Below are positions 38,161-49,373 of a stretch of 64,000 bases of DNA, one piece after another (position 1 is the stretch's first letter; every line of letters starts with the position of its first letter). The stretch covers positions 29,193 to 93,192 of the IMG/VR virus record IMGVR_UViG_3300001487_000106; one strand, written 5' to 3'. The notes below the pieces were generated by a model that was given only the letters and a program-made list of their open reading frames with translations, did no database searches and was not told the DNA's origin. Made by a program: the position numbers and the translations under genes. This DNA is from a virus. Lineage: Duplodnaviria > Caudoviricetes.

Positions 38161-38754
38161 TTAATCAACATCAATATACCTATATAGCATATAAAGCTGA
38201 AACATTGAGTAATCTAATGATAATATCAAATTATTAAAATCTTCATGTTTATCTACAGTATAATATAAGTTGGATATATTTTTTTCGTTTATTAAAGGGA
38301 ATAAAGTTTTACTAACTGTTACTGTAGATATCTCAGTACTATCTGCAAATAAATCTATAGTGCAGTTTTCATCAAACAACGCATCTATTTCTTTATCAGT
38401 AAAATTAAACTTATTCCATGTTTCTATATTATCTACAATATCCATGACAGTAGAAAGCATCTTTTTAGACCATGTAATTTGGGATGGCTTAGTAAGCTTA
38501 CAGCAGTTATTTTCAAGGTCATCTTTTGCAGCCTTAGCATCAGCAAAATAATATGACTCAGATGCATCAAGAATATTGGTTTCATTACATACATCAATAA
38601 TATCAGGATTTAATTTAAATACAAAATACCCTATATTATTATCATTTGATTTCGGACCACCTATTATATACTGATTGTTTATCAGATATAAATCTGATGA
38701 GAGAATAGTTGTTATTTTAACAAGCAAATCTCTAAATGTTATTTTTTTAGCCAT
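38161..38754 (-). CDS. Hypothetical protein co-transcribed with the DNA polymerase gene
   Basis: 197 aa ORF, RBS gaggt. Confidence 0.75.
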   Translation of the reverse strand: MAKKITFRDLLVKITTILSSDLYLINNQYIIGGPKSNDNNIGYFVFKLNPDIIDVCNETNILDASESYYFADAKAAKDDLENNCCKLTKPSQITWSKKMLSTVMDIVDNIETWNKFNFTDKEIDALFDENCTIDLFADSTEISTVTVSKTLFPLINEKNISNLYYTVDKHEDFNNLILSLDYSMFQLYMLYRYIDVD

Positions 38755-38768
38755 TATTTTTTACCTCA

Positions 38769-40634
38769 TTAATCAAGTTCATCTTTCAATCGTTCATATA
38801 CATCATTAACTGATGGAAAATTTAACCACTTATGGGCAACCGACAAATAATTTCTTGTCTGAAAATTATCAAATATTTCTTTTGCTATATCTGTTTCAAA
38901 CGAATCATTATTGTGTTTATTTATTTGGACATCAGTTATTCCGTTAAATGGTATATCACCATCACGTACATCATACTCACTAGGGTCTACCGATGCTTTA
39001 AAAATAAGACAACTCGGTTCAATATTCATTGCGGCTATACATGATGGATAAAATCTTGACATATCCATGTCAATACTATATTTAAATATACAATTTGTTT
39101 TTTCACCAAACAATCGTTCTCCGAATTTATCTATTAATGATGGGTCGCCTACCAAAGCACCCTCAAACTTGGTTTTCTTCTCTTCTTCTTCATCGTCATA
39201 GTCATCTGCTTCTCTTTCTTGAGAATTATAAATAAATTTATTAATATTCTCACCAGGTACTAATCCCTGTTTGGCAAACGACTTATACTGTACGTTTCTA
39301 AGTTTTACCGTTTGTTTAAACTCAGACTCATATGGTGTCATATTTTTATATGATGTAAGATAATAGGTATCTACATCAGATGTCTTTTCTTCAATACCCT
39401 TCTGAAGAAGAACGTCCTTTATATTATAAAGAAAATACAATAACCAATTGTTATATGATAACGTTTTAATATCGCCATCTTCACTATAATCAAGCTTTTC
39501 ATCATTAAGTTCTTTTTGTGCAACATACGTAAGTTTATTAGAACGAAGTTCCTGACCACCTTTACGTATTGCCGCATAATTAATCATCTGATCAAAGAAA
39601 ACTGTATAAGATGAAATATGAAAAAAATCTGATTTATTTTTAACTTGAAAGTTTATAGTATCTTTCTTAAAATAACATTGTTTGATAGGAAAATCATGAT
39701 GACACATCACTTGAGCTGGGTCTAAATCCATATTTTTTAACCTATCAATTATAAATGGAATATCGAATGATATATTCCAAATTCCAATAAAATCAAGTTT
39801 TAATTTATTGATTAACTGAAAAAGATGAACAAGCATCTTTTTCTCATCCTTATAGAAATATACATTATATTCCATTCCTGGATATGACTCATCAAACATC
39901 TTATGTGCTTCTTTAATAAGTTCATCTTCATGTGTTGACCAGTATTCTTGCTGTTCCATTCGCTTACTATACATCGAACGTCTATATAGCTCATGTTCTT
40001 TTTGTTTTACAGTCATTGTAGACATATCACGTTCAACACAATCAACACCAATCAATGCAAACGTATAAGATTGATTAGCAGACATATCAATGACTGTAAC
40101 CATGTCTATTGGACAATATGTTGCATCAGCCATGCCTGGAGCTTCAAATGAATCAACTTCTATATCCATAAATCCCTTACTAATTGTTTTTGGTTTATCA
40201 TTATCCATTTGCTGAAGCCACTTGTATCTATACCAAGCTCTAACATCATAATCAGCACCATAAACATAAGGATATGTGTAAAATTCTTGAAGACCTCGGT
40301 AATTTCCTGTCGTAAAACATTCTCTGAGTCTATTCTTTCCAACATCTCCCATATCATTAGCTATTTCAAATATAATATCTTTATATTTAACAGTCTTTTT
40401 ATTGAGATGCTCAACTCTTTCATATGTTTTAGAAAAAGTATGATTTCTAAATTCAGGTTTTTCAAAATAAATATCAATCATTGGTTCTGGTATAACCTGT
40501 AAATGTTTTTCACCAGTTTTTAAATCTTTCCATATTAAATATAAATAGTCGGGATGATCTTCACGTCTGTTTGCTTTGATATACTGGATATCTATAAGCA
40601 TCGCGTTGTCCTTATCTATTTTCATAACAATCAC
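38769..40634 (-). CDS. Family B DNA polymerase, N-terminal subunit of a split enzyme (3'-5' exonuclease plus motif A)
   Basis: ExoI MDIEVD, ExoII WNISFDIPF, ExoIII YNIKDV, FEGALV, motif A DMDMSRFYPS..AMNI; ends without motifs B and C. Confidence 0.88.
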   Translation of the reverse strand: MIVMKIDKDNAMLIDIQYIKANRREDHPDYLYLIWKDLKTGEKHLQVIPEPMIDIYFEKPEFRNHTFSKTYERVEHLNKKTVKYKDIIFEIANDMGDVGKNRLRECFTTGNYRGLQEFYTYPYVYGADYDVRAWYRYKWLQQMDNDKPKTISKGFMDIEVDSFEAPGMADATYCPIDMVTVIDMSANQSYTFALIGVDCVERDMSTMTVKQKEHELYRRSMYSKRMEQQEYWSTHEDELIKEAHKMFDESYPGMEYNVYFYKDEKKMLVHLFQLINKLKLDFIGIWNISFDIPFIIDRLKNMDLDPAQVMCHHDFPIKQCYFKKDTINFQVKNKSDFFHISSYTVFFDQMINYAAIRKGGQELRSNKLTYVAQKELNDEKLDYSEDGDIKTLSYNNWLLYFLYNIKDVLLQKGIEEKTSDVDTYYLTSYKNMTPYESEFKQTVKLRNVQYKSFAKQGLVPGENINKFIYNSQEREADDYDDEEEEKKTKFEGALVGDPSLIDKFGERLFGEKTNCIFKYSIDMDMSRFYPSCIAAMNIEPSCLIFKASVDPSEYDVRDGDIPFNGITDVQINKHNNDSFETDIAKEIFDNFQTRNYLSVAHKWLNFPSVNDVYERLKDELD

Positions 40635-40653
40635 TTCCTATATTTTTTTTAGT

Positions 40654-40666
40654 TTATTTCTGTGTT
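40654..40666 (-). promoter_or_regulatory. AACA-N6-TAA promoter of the polymerase gene (divergent partner at 40694-40706, + strand)
   Basis: Minus aaca cagaaa taa; plus aaca caacta taa. Confidence 0.65.
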
Positions 40667-40732
40667 TTTTTCCGAATAGAAAATCGTTCTGATAACACAA
40701 CTATAAATCTATTTAGAAGGAGGTTACATAAT

Positions 40733-41725
40733 ATGTCGAAACATGATGAAGAGGATATCCTTAATCCTAATTATAAAAAATCAAAACATCAAAAAATCCT
40801 TGATCAAATAAGAGAAGTTGAAGATATGACAGATTATGATATAGCATCTACCGGAACATTTTTACCATCTTCTATAATAAAGAGTAATGAATCTGATGCT
40901 AAAAAAGAAAATGACGATATAGATAACTATTCTGAAACTGATGACGAATGGTTTAATACATTATCTGATATTAAAATTAAAAAATCTAAATATACAAGTG
41001 GTTCAATTTTTGATATTGATTTTGGTAAAAAGAAAAAGAAGAAGAAAAAGAAAAAAAGTGAATTGATTGATTATGCGAAAGAATTTGAACCTGAACTTAA
41101 TTTATATAGAAATCTGTTAGCAGACCAAAATAGATTCACAGATACATTACAAAAAGAATATGATAATATGAAATCTTCTAAATCATCAGCTCGTGGTGTA
41201 AACAAGACGATGACTGATTTAGTTGAAAATATAACTGGTGCACGAGCATTAGCAATGCAACTTATTGAAAAGAATGTAAATGCAAAAAAACTTATTGCTG
41301 AACTTACCATGAAACAGAAAAAAGAATTTGGTAATGGTGGCGAAGGAGAAAATATGAGCGATTTCGCAGGTTCACTCCTTAATAAGATGATTAACGAAAG
41401 AAGTCAAATCGTGGGAACCGGTTCTCCTGCCGAGATTAGTGATTTTACAGAAGATGAACTTTTTGATAGTTTGTCAGAAAGTCTTGCTGATAGTGATCGT
41501 TCTGAAGAAGTTGAAAAGTATCTTAAGTATGAAAATCGCAATATAACAATTTATGTATCTATTAATAGTAATGATGTTGAAGATTACTTCTATTATGCGC
41601 TTGATGAAGAAGGAAATGAAATAGCAGATTACCCTCTTCCATTAAGAACATCATTAAGTATTAATAGATCAACTGGTATAGCTACAGATAGCTATGGTAA
41701 AAAATATCAAATAACATGGAGATAA
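40733..41725 (+). CDS. Hypothetical protein with poly-Lys tract and coiled coil
   Basis: 330 aa, RBS aggagg. Confidence 0.8.
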   Translation: MSKHDEEDILNPNYKKSKHQKILDQIREVEDMTDYDIASTGTFLPSSIIKSNESDAKKENDDIDNYSETDDEWFNTLSDIKIKKSKYTSGSIFDIDFGKKKKKKKKKKSELIDYAKEFEPELNLYRNLLADQNRFTDTLQKEYDNMKSSKSSARGVNKTMTDLVENITGARALAMQLIEKNVNAKKLIAELTMKQKKEFGNGGEGENMSDFAGSLLNKMINERSQIVGTGSPAEISDFTEDELFDSLSESLADSDRSEEVEKYLKYENRNITIYVSINSNDVEDYFYYALDEEGNEIADYPLPLRTSLSINRSTGIATDSYGKKYQITWR

Positions 41726-41727
41726 AA

Positions 41728-41768
41728 AATAATAGAGAATGAGCTATAAGCTCATTCTCTATTATTTT
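41728..41768. terminator. Bidirectional terminator between convergent genes
   Basis: aataatagagaatgagct / agctcattctctattatt. Confidence 0.85.
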
Positions 41769-42409
41769 TATATTGAAATAGTACCTTCCATATAAATAGA
41801 AACAACTACTCCTTCCCCTGTTTCAATCATAGTATCAATAGCTTGTGCATTAAAATCAGAAACAACTTCCAAGTCATATGTACATCTTATTGATATATCG
41901 ACAGTATCAATAATTTTACCTATTGAATATGATTTATGGCGTGCTCCCTTAAAATAAGTATAACATGAACCAATAGGATCCATATTACCTATAATCATAG
42001 TATCTGATTTTACAGATGCTAAAGGTAGGTCTATTCTTAAGTTAGCACCAGCGGTAACATCTCTATCTAACGATACTGGTGTTTTGATAATTGAATAATC
42101 ACTCGTGCTAGGAATACCAATATACTTTGCTCTGAATTGTCCATTAGGTTTGATATAATATGTCCAATTACCAACATTTACAACCATTTCGGCTGATGGA
42201 TTTTGAATATCTACATTATATGTATAACCAAAATTACGCAGATTTCGCTCAATAGATGAATAATATCTGTCTATTGCTTTTGTCGTCCACATTATATCTT
42301 CTGAGCGAACACGTACGAAGAAAGGTACATATCCCCCAGCTTCATCCATAGTTATTATCCATCCTCGTTTACAATTATAATTAGGATTTTTTGAAGGATC
42401 TATAGACAT
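41768..42409 (-). CDS. Hypothetical protein (possible tail-associated)
   Basis: 213 aa, RBS aaggagg. Confidence 0.7.
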   Translation of the reverse strand: MSIDPSKNPNYNCKRGWIITMDEAGGYVPFFVRVRSEDIMWTTKAIDRYYSSIERNLRNFGYTYNVDIQNPSAEMVVNVGNWTYYIKPNGQFRAKYIGIPSTSDYSIIKTPVSLDRDVTAGANLRIDLPLASVKSDTMIIGNMDPIGSCYTYFKGARHKSYSIGKIIDTVDISIRCTYDLEVVSDFNAQAIDTMIETGEGVVVSIYMEGTISI

Positions 42410-42423
42410 TATATATCCCTCCT

Positions 42424-43389
42424 TTATACAGTTTTAGTTAGTTCAAGATAGAATGTATTCATTCCCTTGATATTTTTATACATATCTGATAAAATTGGTT
42501 GATTAATTATAAAGCTACCTATTAATGCAGCTTCTGTTGTAAATAAGAAGTATGGTAAGCATTCCATACTAAATAATGCAGGTGACTTATATGTATTAAG
42601 CCAACATTGAGTAAAATAACGCATATTGAGTTTTTCAACTCTCATTGTTATAGTTTTCATAAATGCTATCAATTCTTCTATATTTGTTATAGCAGCTTCA
42701 TTATACATTTCAGAAATAAGAATTAAATCTGATTTATTTGGAGTAAGAATATTATTTATTGCATATGATGTGTTAATATCTTTATTTACACTTTCCCATA
42801 CATTATCTAAGAAAAACCTAGATATAACAAATGACATTCTATCTGCTATTTCTTTTTCCATACTTATTGCATATTCTTTATTAAGAATTCGCATAAACAT
42901 CTGAGTATATATTGAATTTGATAATTTCATTAAACCCAGATTCTTAGTTATACCTATAGGATATATAGCATACTGTAATGCGACATATGCACCTTCCATT
43001 AAAGTATAAAGGTCTTTCATTGGGGTATTTAAATAAACAGCATTACCAACCTTATGATTTTCAATAAGTGAACCATAATTATTGATAAAGATAACGGCCT
43101 TCATAGTTCCTTGAAGTTTAAGGATTATAAATGGAATTGGCTGAGGTATCTTTATAGTTTTTGAGTGTACTATGAGTATATCTTTTTTTTCATATGCTTT
43201 CATGACTTTATCAGCCAATGGTGAGATACGTGTTTTCTGTATCTGAATAAGTTGTTCTTCGATATAAGATGAATCTATTACAGTACCGCTCTTCATATAT
43301 TCACCAATCATTGTTATAACCTTTGATGATTTATTTATAGTATTAAAAAGAACTGTATCATGTAACGATCCTTCGGTAAAATAAGCCAT
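42424..43389 (-). CDS. Putative virion protein
   Basis: RBS gaaaggtg favours ATG 43389 (MAYFTEGS, a cleavage-like site); late promoter at 43432-43444 (minus). Confidence 0.6.
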   Translation of the reverse strand: MAYFTEGSLHDTVLFNTINKSSKVITMIGEYMKSGTVIDSSYIEEQLIQIQKTRISPLADKVMKAYEKKDILIVHSKTIKIPQPIPFIILKLQGTMKAVIFINNYGSLIENHKVGNAVYLNTPMKDLYTLMEGAYVALQYAIYPIGITKNLGLMKLSNSIYTQMFMRILNKEYAISMEKEIADRMSFVISRFFLDNVWESVNKDINTSYAINNILTPNKSDLILISEMYNEAAITNIEELIAFMKTITMRVEKLNMRYFTQCWLNTYKSPALFSMECLPYFLFTTEAALIGSFIINQPILSDMYKNIKGMNTFYLELTKTV

Positions 43390-43431
43390 ATTTTTTATCC
43401 ACCTTTCGTTTATTTTCAATGGATTTTTTTA

Positions 43432-43492
43432 TTAAAACATTGTTTTTATCAACATTTTCTATGTGAAAGGTAATGTGGAAACATTTCCTTAA
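43432..43492. promoter_or_regulatory. Divergent pair of late promoters
   Basis: Minus aaca atgttt taa (43432-44); plus aaca tttcct taa (43480-92). Confidence 0.7.
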
Positions 43493-43524
43493 TAGTCAAG
43501 AATATGATGAGAGGAGGAAAAATA

Positions 43525-46500
43525 ATGTCAATTGACTCACCCGAGCTCTTATATAAATATATACGAAGAGCTTTTGTCAATAATTCATTTGGTGAATTAT
43601 CCACTCATTTAGCATTGAAAAAGACATGGGATAATTCATTTTCTTATTTAGCTCATACACAGCATGAACTAGTAGGAAATAAGGAATATTCTATAGATTT
43701 GATAAAAAGTGATGAAAACACTAAAGGTCTACATAGGCTTTATTTTGATAAATCATATAAACCGTGTTTTGACATTGGTCGAGAAATGATAAATATATGT
43801 GATGAAAATGAATATCGTAAAAGTAAATTTTATAAAACAAAAATTTCATATATTGATATTATAAATCATCCAGAATTATTTAAAAAAATTCCGATAATAA
43901 TAATTGATAATCATACTATATGGGATTATAATATATTCATAACTGATGAATATGCAACGGTTTATTTACCTATGTCAAGTAATTTTATTTTTCAATATGA
44001 AAGAAATATTGAAAATGATAAAAGAATATATAATCCACATAAATTAAAAATTCTGATAGTTGATAATGTGTATTATCAGAGAATCAATGTTAAGAAATCT
44101 ATAATAGAATATAGTGATAAGTCATTTATCATCACCGATGAAATGACTAAAACATATACTATTAAATCACCTACTGCAACGACTGAGTCTACAACTTATA
44201 AACCATTCCCCACGGATGATGGAATAATGTTTTGTAGTATTCATATACCCGATAAAAAGAAGAAAAATTATGAAACAGGAACAATGCTTATCGAACTTGA
44301 AAAAACTAATGATGGTTATAGAGGTACAGTAACAGATGACATAGCTGAAATACTTGATAACGTTGATTCCGCCTTTTATATCTCAATCTTCTTCTTAAAA
44401 GATTTGCATAAGCATATATATTATACAGGCAACGATTATGCAACATCTGTTAATGGTGAGGTTAATATAGCTTGTATTTTAAAAGATAAGGAAACGGCTA
44501 AGCCGTTTAATATGCCCATACCAATTGAAAACTGTATTCTCCTAAAAAAGCCTGCATCATCACAGGGATATGAAATTTTACATAATGTCGATAATATAGA
44601 TTTATATTACCCAACATTTTATCACATTAATGATGAAACGCAAGAAGATGGAGATATATATAAATTATATTATTTTTATCATCATGGCTATAAACTTCAT
44701 TATACATGTATTCATGATTTCTTCTTTTATTTTTTATCATTAAAATGTGATAATTTAATTTCAAATCTTGAAGAGAATATAGATAAATTATATAGAGGAG
44801 AAATAATTCTCTATCCTGATAGTGAAGATCAAGAAGATTTCTATGATATGTTACTTCATATTTTAACATACTATAGTTATATTCATAGATATAAAGATTT
44901 GGATTTAATCCATAATTTTAATGACCATAAGGTTAATATATGGAATGGTAAATCCGTTGAATATAAAAGTGAAGTATTAATTGACTTTATAAAACACGAA
45001 CCATTTATACTTAGGGATTACGTCATGGAACAAAAGAAGAAGGGCGTCTCAGCATATATCTTTACTAATACGATAGATCTTGAGTCTAGAATAAGAGAAG
45101 ATACTACTGAGGAATTTCCTGATGATATTAATCCTATAATATTTGATGAACCTTGTTATGTATTCAGTTTACTTAACAATGAAGAAGATGACCATCATGT
45201 TAATATTCGTGTTTTTATTGATGGCTTATTTGTTATGAAAGACCTTATTCAAAAACGTAATGAATTTGCTGAATATCTATATATTCCACAATCATTTATT
45301 ACTGAGAATAGTTTTATTGAAATTGAATATGTAAATAGATTTTACTTTGATAAAGAAATTGAATTTGAGTCACTTGATGATGAAAAAACAATAACAATCG
45401 CATCTAATGACCCAAACACAATACCAACTAATGCAGACTTTGTTATGTACGATGATATTGATACTGGTATTATTCATAGATATAATCCATCATTTTTCGA
45501 TATTAAAGTTATCAATAATTATGGAGAGTTTAAAACATCAAATGGTAGTGCTGAAAAAAGGTTACAGTTTGTCAATCTTAATAAATTTAAGATTAAGACT
45601 AATGATGAAATGCTAGTTGGTAAACCATTGAAAATAAGATTATCAAAATCAGCTGAGGGTATTCGCTATGTTGTTCCTCGTGATGGTGAAGTCTATCTGG
45701 AATTTGTAGATAATACTTTTGGTTACCATAAAGATTTTATCAGAGTATATGTTAATGGACGTATCATGCCAAGAGAAAAATATGTGTTCTATCCAATGTA
45801 TCATTATCCTAGAATACGTTTCATATATGAAATGCATAAAGATGATGTTATATATATTGATGTAAGTCCGTATAGATATACTCAAATATATTATCAAGAA
45901 GATATATCACCGACTAATGAACTTTTTGACTTAAGAACTATAATCAATAAGCCGTTTGATATACGGTATTATGACGTATATTTAAATGGTAGAAAATTAA
46001 GTTTGAACAATGTTATTACAATCGACCCATGGACTGTTAAATTTGTCAATATTAAGTCATCATATAATTTATTAATCTTTGAAAAAGAACGAGATTATGA
46101 ATATTATGGTGTTGATTATACCGAAAAACAATTCTTTTTCAGTATAGATGAACTGATTAAAAAAAGATATGTTACAGAAGAAGAGAAGCGAAAGCTTTTA
46201 GATTTTGTAATTGAAAATAATAAAGAAGACGATATGATAATTGGTGAAAATACTAACGACGAAGAAAAAGAAGAATATCCCGGAATTACAGATAGATATA
46301 TTTACTATATCTTTGATATGTTCTATTATGAAGAATTAATACCAAAAACATTTGTTAATCCCGATATAACACAATTTTCGTTATTAGTATTATTAGATTG
46401 GTATACTGATATATATAACCAATATATTACATCACCAACTAATGCAACATGTAGCGATGAACCAAACGCATATGCAAGACGTTCAGCATATATTGATGCA

Positions 46501-46698
46501 TTATGCCTTAATCCAGATTTAACGTTTTATGGTCCAGAAGACGGTGATGATAATGCACAATTAGTTTATGCGGTTGGACATCTTAATGAACTTACGCACG
46601 AAATACTCAGTATGGATATTGAGATTGCAACAGAAAAGACAATTGATAAATATGTCAAAGATGACTTAGAAAAAGATGAGTTGGAGGTGTATATGTAA
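43525..46698 (+). CDS. Large virion structural protein (baseplate/tail)
   Basis: RBS gaggagg favours ATG 43525; repeated beta motifs RVFIDG, RVYVNGR, DVYLNGRKL; late promoter. Confidence 0.6.
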   Translation: MSIDSPELLYKYIRRAFVNNSFGELSTHLALKKTWDNSFSYLAHTQHELVGNKEYSIDLIKSDENTKGLHRLYFDKSYKPCFDIGREMINICDENEYRKSKFYKTKISYIDIINHPELFKKIPIIIIDNHTIWDYNIFITDEYATVYLPMSSNFIFQYERNIENDKRIYNPHKLKILIVDNVYYQRINVKKSIIEYSDKSFIITDEMTKTYTIKSPTATTESTTYKPFPTDDGIMFCSIHIPDKKKKNYETGTMLIELEKTNDGYRGTVTDDIAEILDNVDSAFYISIFFLKDLHKHIYYTGNDYATSVNGEVNIACILKDKETAKPFNMPIPIENCILLKKPASSQGYEILHNVDNIDLYYPTFYHINDETQEDGDIYKLYYFYHHGYKLHYTCIHDFFFYFLSLKCDNLISNLEENIDKLYRGEIILYPDSEDQEDFYDMLLHILTYYSYIHRYKDLDLIHNFNDHKVNIWNGKSVEYKSEVLIDFIKHEPFILRDYVMEQKKKGVSAYIFTNTIDLESRIREDTTEEFPDDINPIIFDEPCYVFSLLNNEEDDHHVNIRVFIDGLFVMKDLIQKRNEFAEYLYIPQSFITENSFIEIEYVNRFYFDKEIEFESLDDEKTITIASNDPNTIPTNADFVMYDDIDTGIIHRYNPSFFDIKVINNYGEFKTSNGSAEKRLQFVNLNKFKIKTNDEMLVGKPLKIRLSKSAEGIRYVVPRDGEVYLEFVDNTFGYHKDFIRVYVNGRIMPREKYVFYPMYHYPRIRFIYEMHKDDVIYIDVSPYRYTQIYYQEDISPTNELFDLRTIINKPFDIRYYDVYLNGRKLSLNNVITIDPWTVKFVNIKSSYNLLIFEKERDYEYYGVDYTEKQFFFSIDELIKKRYVTEEEKRKLLDFVIENNKEDDMIIGENTNDEEKEEYPGITDRYIYYIFDMFYYEELIPKTFVNPDITQFSLLVLLDWYTDIYNQYITSPTNATCSDEPNAYARRSAYIDALCLNPDLTFYGPEDGDDNAQLVYAVGHLNELTHEILSMDIEIATEKTIDKYVKDDLEKDELEVYM

Positions 46699-48041
46699 TG
46701 CCGGTAAGATTAATTGATCACACTGATAGACCAACATATATCTCAAAACCGGATATACGATTTGCAACAACGTTTCTTAGTCATGAATATCGTGATTATT
46801 CAGTAGAGGGCGAAGCTCTCATGGATAAGATGACAGGTGAACTTTTTATAAAGAGACCTGTTGATGGTCGTGTACTTAGCTTTGAACAAAATAAGAAATA
46901 TGCTTATGACCAGGTATTGGAATTACGAATCCTTTTAACAAACAATGAGGATTTTACATACCCTGGAAAAAATAATAATGCGTATTATGTTTCAACTAAT
47001 TATGACCTCGTGACTATAAATAAGGACGTACCAAATGATATATTAGTATCAAAAAATACTGAAATAGCATCAGAAGGTGCAAGTGGAGTAGACTTAAGAA
47101 ATACGTTATCATTCAATATTTCAGGTGAATGTAATGGATTCTTCATAACGCCCACAACACGAGATGCCGATAAAACTATTGTTCGTATACTTTCTAATTT
47201 ATATGATGAATATATATGTAATTATGAGGGTAGCGACCCAGCCATTAAAGCTGAACAAAGAAAGTTTCAAACTATTGAAAAATGGAAAGACTCTGATATA
47301 ATACTTAGTTATAAAATTTCGATTACACTCGATGGTTCTACTACAACATACGATGCAACTGATTATATCAGATTTAATGAGGGATGCTGTGTTTTATTCC
47401 CAAAGAATATTACTGAAAGATATCCATACGGATACGATTCTGCTAAAGTTATAATAACAAAACTTGATTATTATAAAATGCATTTTGTACAAACATTGTC
47501 TTCAGATATTACTGGTCTTGACGATGACACTACAGTTCTTGAATCTGTAAGCGAATATCTTTGTCCAGATGGCAAAGTATATTGTCAATGGGCAAATATA
47601 GTTAGTTTCGTTGATACTTATAAAGATTTAAGACTTTTAGGTAATGAAGTTACTGTTGGGTTTTTAGATATACCGTATATTAGACGGTATATGACAAAAA
47701 TGGCGAAACTTAAGAGAGCTTCTGAATTTATTCAATCGTCAGCTAGACCAAATGATGAAGAATGGGGAGCTAATGCAGTTTGGGCTGAAATGGTTAGAAC
47801 CATTGGTCTAAAAGGAGAAGTTATTAATCATAATTCAGAATCTGATCTTAAGGAACTTGAGATGATTATTTCTAAAAATAACTTTGGTTATGTTGATATT
47901 AATACTGATATTACAGTCAAGAAAGATATCTATCTTGAAGAGGGTGAAATTATAGATGTACCAGATGATACATCAGAAGACCCTAATGACACCGAACAGA
48001 GTCCGTCTAGTGAAACTAGCACTAATGATGGAGGTGAATAA
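46698..48041 (+). CDS. Putative virion structural protein
   Basis: TAATG overlap with the upstream gene, RBS ggaggtg. Confidence 0.6.
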   Translation: MPVRLIDHTDRPTYISKPDIRFATTFLSHEYRDYSVEGEALMDKMTGELFIKRPVDGRVLSFEQNKKYAYDQVLELRILLTNNEDFTYPGKNNNAYYVSTNYDLVTINKDVPNDILVSKNTEIASEGASGVDLRNTLSFNISGECNGFFITPTTRDADKTIVRILSNLYDEYICNYEGSDPAIKAEQRKFQTIEKWKDSDIILSYKISITLDGSTTTYDATDYIRFNEGCCVLFPKNITERYPYGYDSAKVIITKLDYYKMHFVQTLSSDITGLDDDTTVLESVSEYLCPDGKVYCQWANIVSFVDTYKDLRLLGNEVTVGFLDIPYIRRYMTKMAKLKRASEFIQSSARPNDEEWGANAVWAEMVRTIGLKGEVINHNSESDLKELEMIISKNNFGYVDINTDITVKKDIYLEEGEIIDVPDDTSEDPNDTEQSPSSETSTNDGGE

Positions 48042-48044
48042 AAT

Positions 48045-48518
48045 ATGATTGTACTTGAAGTTAATAACTTAACCATGGAAGAAGATAGATTAAATGACTA
48101 TCTAATAGTACCTGATTATTCTTCAAAACGTACATGTAAATACCCATTATCTATGGGAAGACTTGATTTATTATGGATAGTAAAAATCAAGCAATATTAT
48201 ACTGTAACAGTTTTACCGTTTATTGATATGACACAAGAAGAATATGATGCACTTATAGAATGGATACCTGGAACCATTTATCGAATAATTGAAGATGGAA
48301 AAATCGTTACAATTTATTTTAATGGTATTGATTATCCTCATGATGGCGGAGAATCAAAACAGATATCATTAATAAATGACGCTACATTATATATGGATGA
48401 ATCTGGAGTTATCTATGATTCTATAATGACATCCGATGCATCTCTTAGAGTATATGATATCAAAGAGGGTGCAATTGTTACGGCTGAAATTGTTGAAGAA
48501 GATCCTTCAGGCAATTGA
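48045..48518 (+). CDS. Putative tail/fibre-associated protein
   Basis: MTQEEYDAL...PGTIYRI motif common in phage tail accessory proteins. Confidence 0.5.
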   Translation: MIVLEVNNLTMEEDRLNDYLIVPDYSSKRTCKYPLSMGRLDLLWIVKIKQYYTVTVLPFIDMTQEEYDALIEWIPGTIYRIIEDGKIVTIYFNGIDYPHDGGESKQISLINDATLYMDESGVIYDSIMTSDASLRVYDIKEGAIVTAEIVEEDPSGN

Positions 48519-48539
48519 TTTTTATTGGAGGGATAAAAA

Positions 48540-48782
48540 ATGGCTAATAAACGAATAAGATATATACCAGATAAAGTTACGGATATTTTAATGCATGGAC
48601 ATGACTCAGATAGAACTGAACGTGTTCTTATGCCAATAACACGTTACGGTGCTATATTAAATGCACCATCGGTTGTTCAGGAAGATATAACTACGTATGG
48701 TGCTCCATTTCATTTATTAGAAACAGACACTGTTGTTTTAAATGAAGAGGAAATTCGCAATCTGTGTGGAAGAATAGTATAA
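48540..48782 (+). CDS. Small hypothetical protein (tail operon)
   Basis: 80 aa, RBS ggagg. Confidence 0.7.
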   Translation: MANKRIRYIPDKVTDILMHGHDSDRTERVLMPITRYGAILNAPSVVQEDITTYGAPFHLLETDTVVLNEEEIRNLCGRIV

Positions 48783-48798
48783 AGAGGTGAAATAAAAT

Positions 48799-49266
48799 AT
48801 GGCACAAAAAATGCGTGGCAGGATGCAAACACCTGCAGATGATCAAGGCAATCGAATAGATATAGCTGTAGTTACAGATGTTGATGCTGTTGTCTATGAT
48901 GATGAACAAACGTTACATGAATATCTTGATAATTTACAATCAAATGTTGATAATAACACATCTCGTCTTAACAATAATGGACAAGTAATTTTATCAACGA
49001 TGGAACCATCAGAAGCAGAACCAGGTTTTTACTTCTTTGCTGAAATTAATAAACCTAAAAAAGATGATGTTGATTATAAATATAATAAATACTCATCACT
49101 TCCTGATGATTTAATTAAATCATTAGGTGCAAGAAAGATCGTTGCAAATGGTGAAGAAAATTTTGATCCTGTATCAATGATTAAAATCGGTGATCTTGCA
49201 GCATATGATCCTAATGATGAATGGGAAATAAATACATATGTTGTAAAGGTTCCTAAAACAACATAA
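48799..49266 (+). CDS. Putative tail fibre-associated protein
   Basis: TDVDAVVYDDEQTLHEYL fibre-like motif; C-terminal module shared with the sheath insertion. Confidence 0.5.
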   Translation: MAQKMRGRMQTPADDQGNRIDIAVVTDVDAVVYDDEQTLHEYLDNLQSNVDNNTSRLNNNGQVILSTMEPSEAEPGFYFFAEINKPKKDDVDYKYNKYSSLPDDLIKSLGARKIVANGEENFDPVSMIKIGDLAAYDPNDEWEINTYVVKVPKTT

Positions 49267-49281
49267 AAAAATAATTAATAA

Positions 49282-49319
49282 TGAAGTTACGCTGGATTTT
49301 TCTAGCGTAACTTCTTTTT
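49282..49319 (+). terminator. Intrinsic terminator
   Basis: gaagttacgctgga / tctagcgtaacttc plus T run. Confidence 0.8.
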
Positions 49320-49330
49320 ATTGTTGGTCT

Positions 49331-49343
49331 AACAAAAAATTAA
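49331..49343 (+). promoter_or_regulatory. AACA-N6-TAA promoter of the helicase gene
   Basis: aaca aaaaat taa. Confidence 0.65.
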
Positions 49344-49373
49344 ACTTTCTTGAAAGGAGAGTTATTTGAAATT

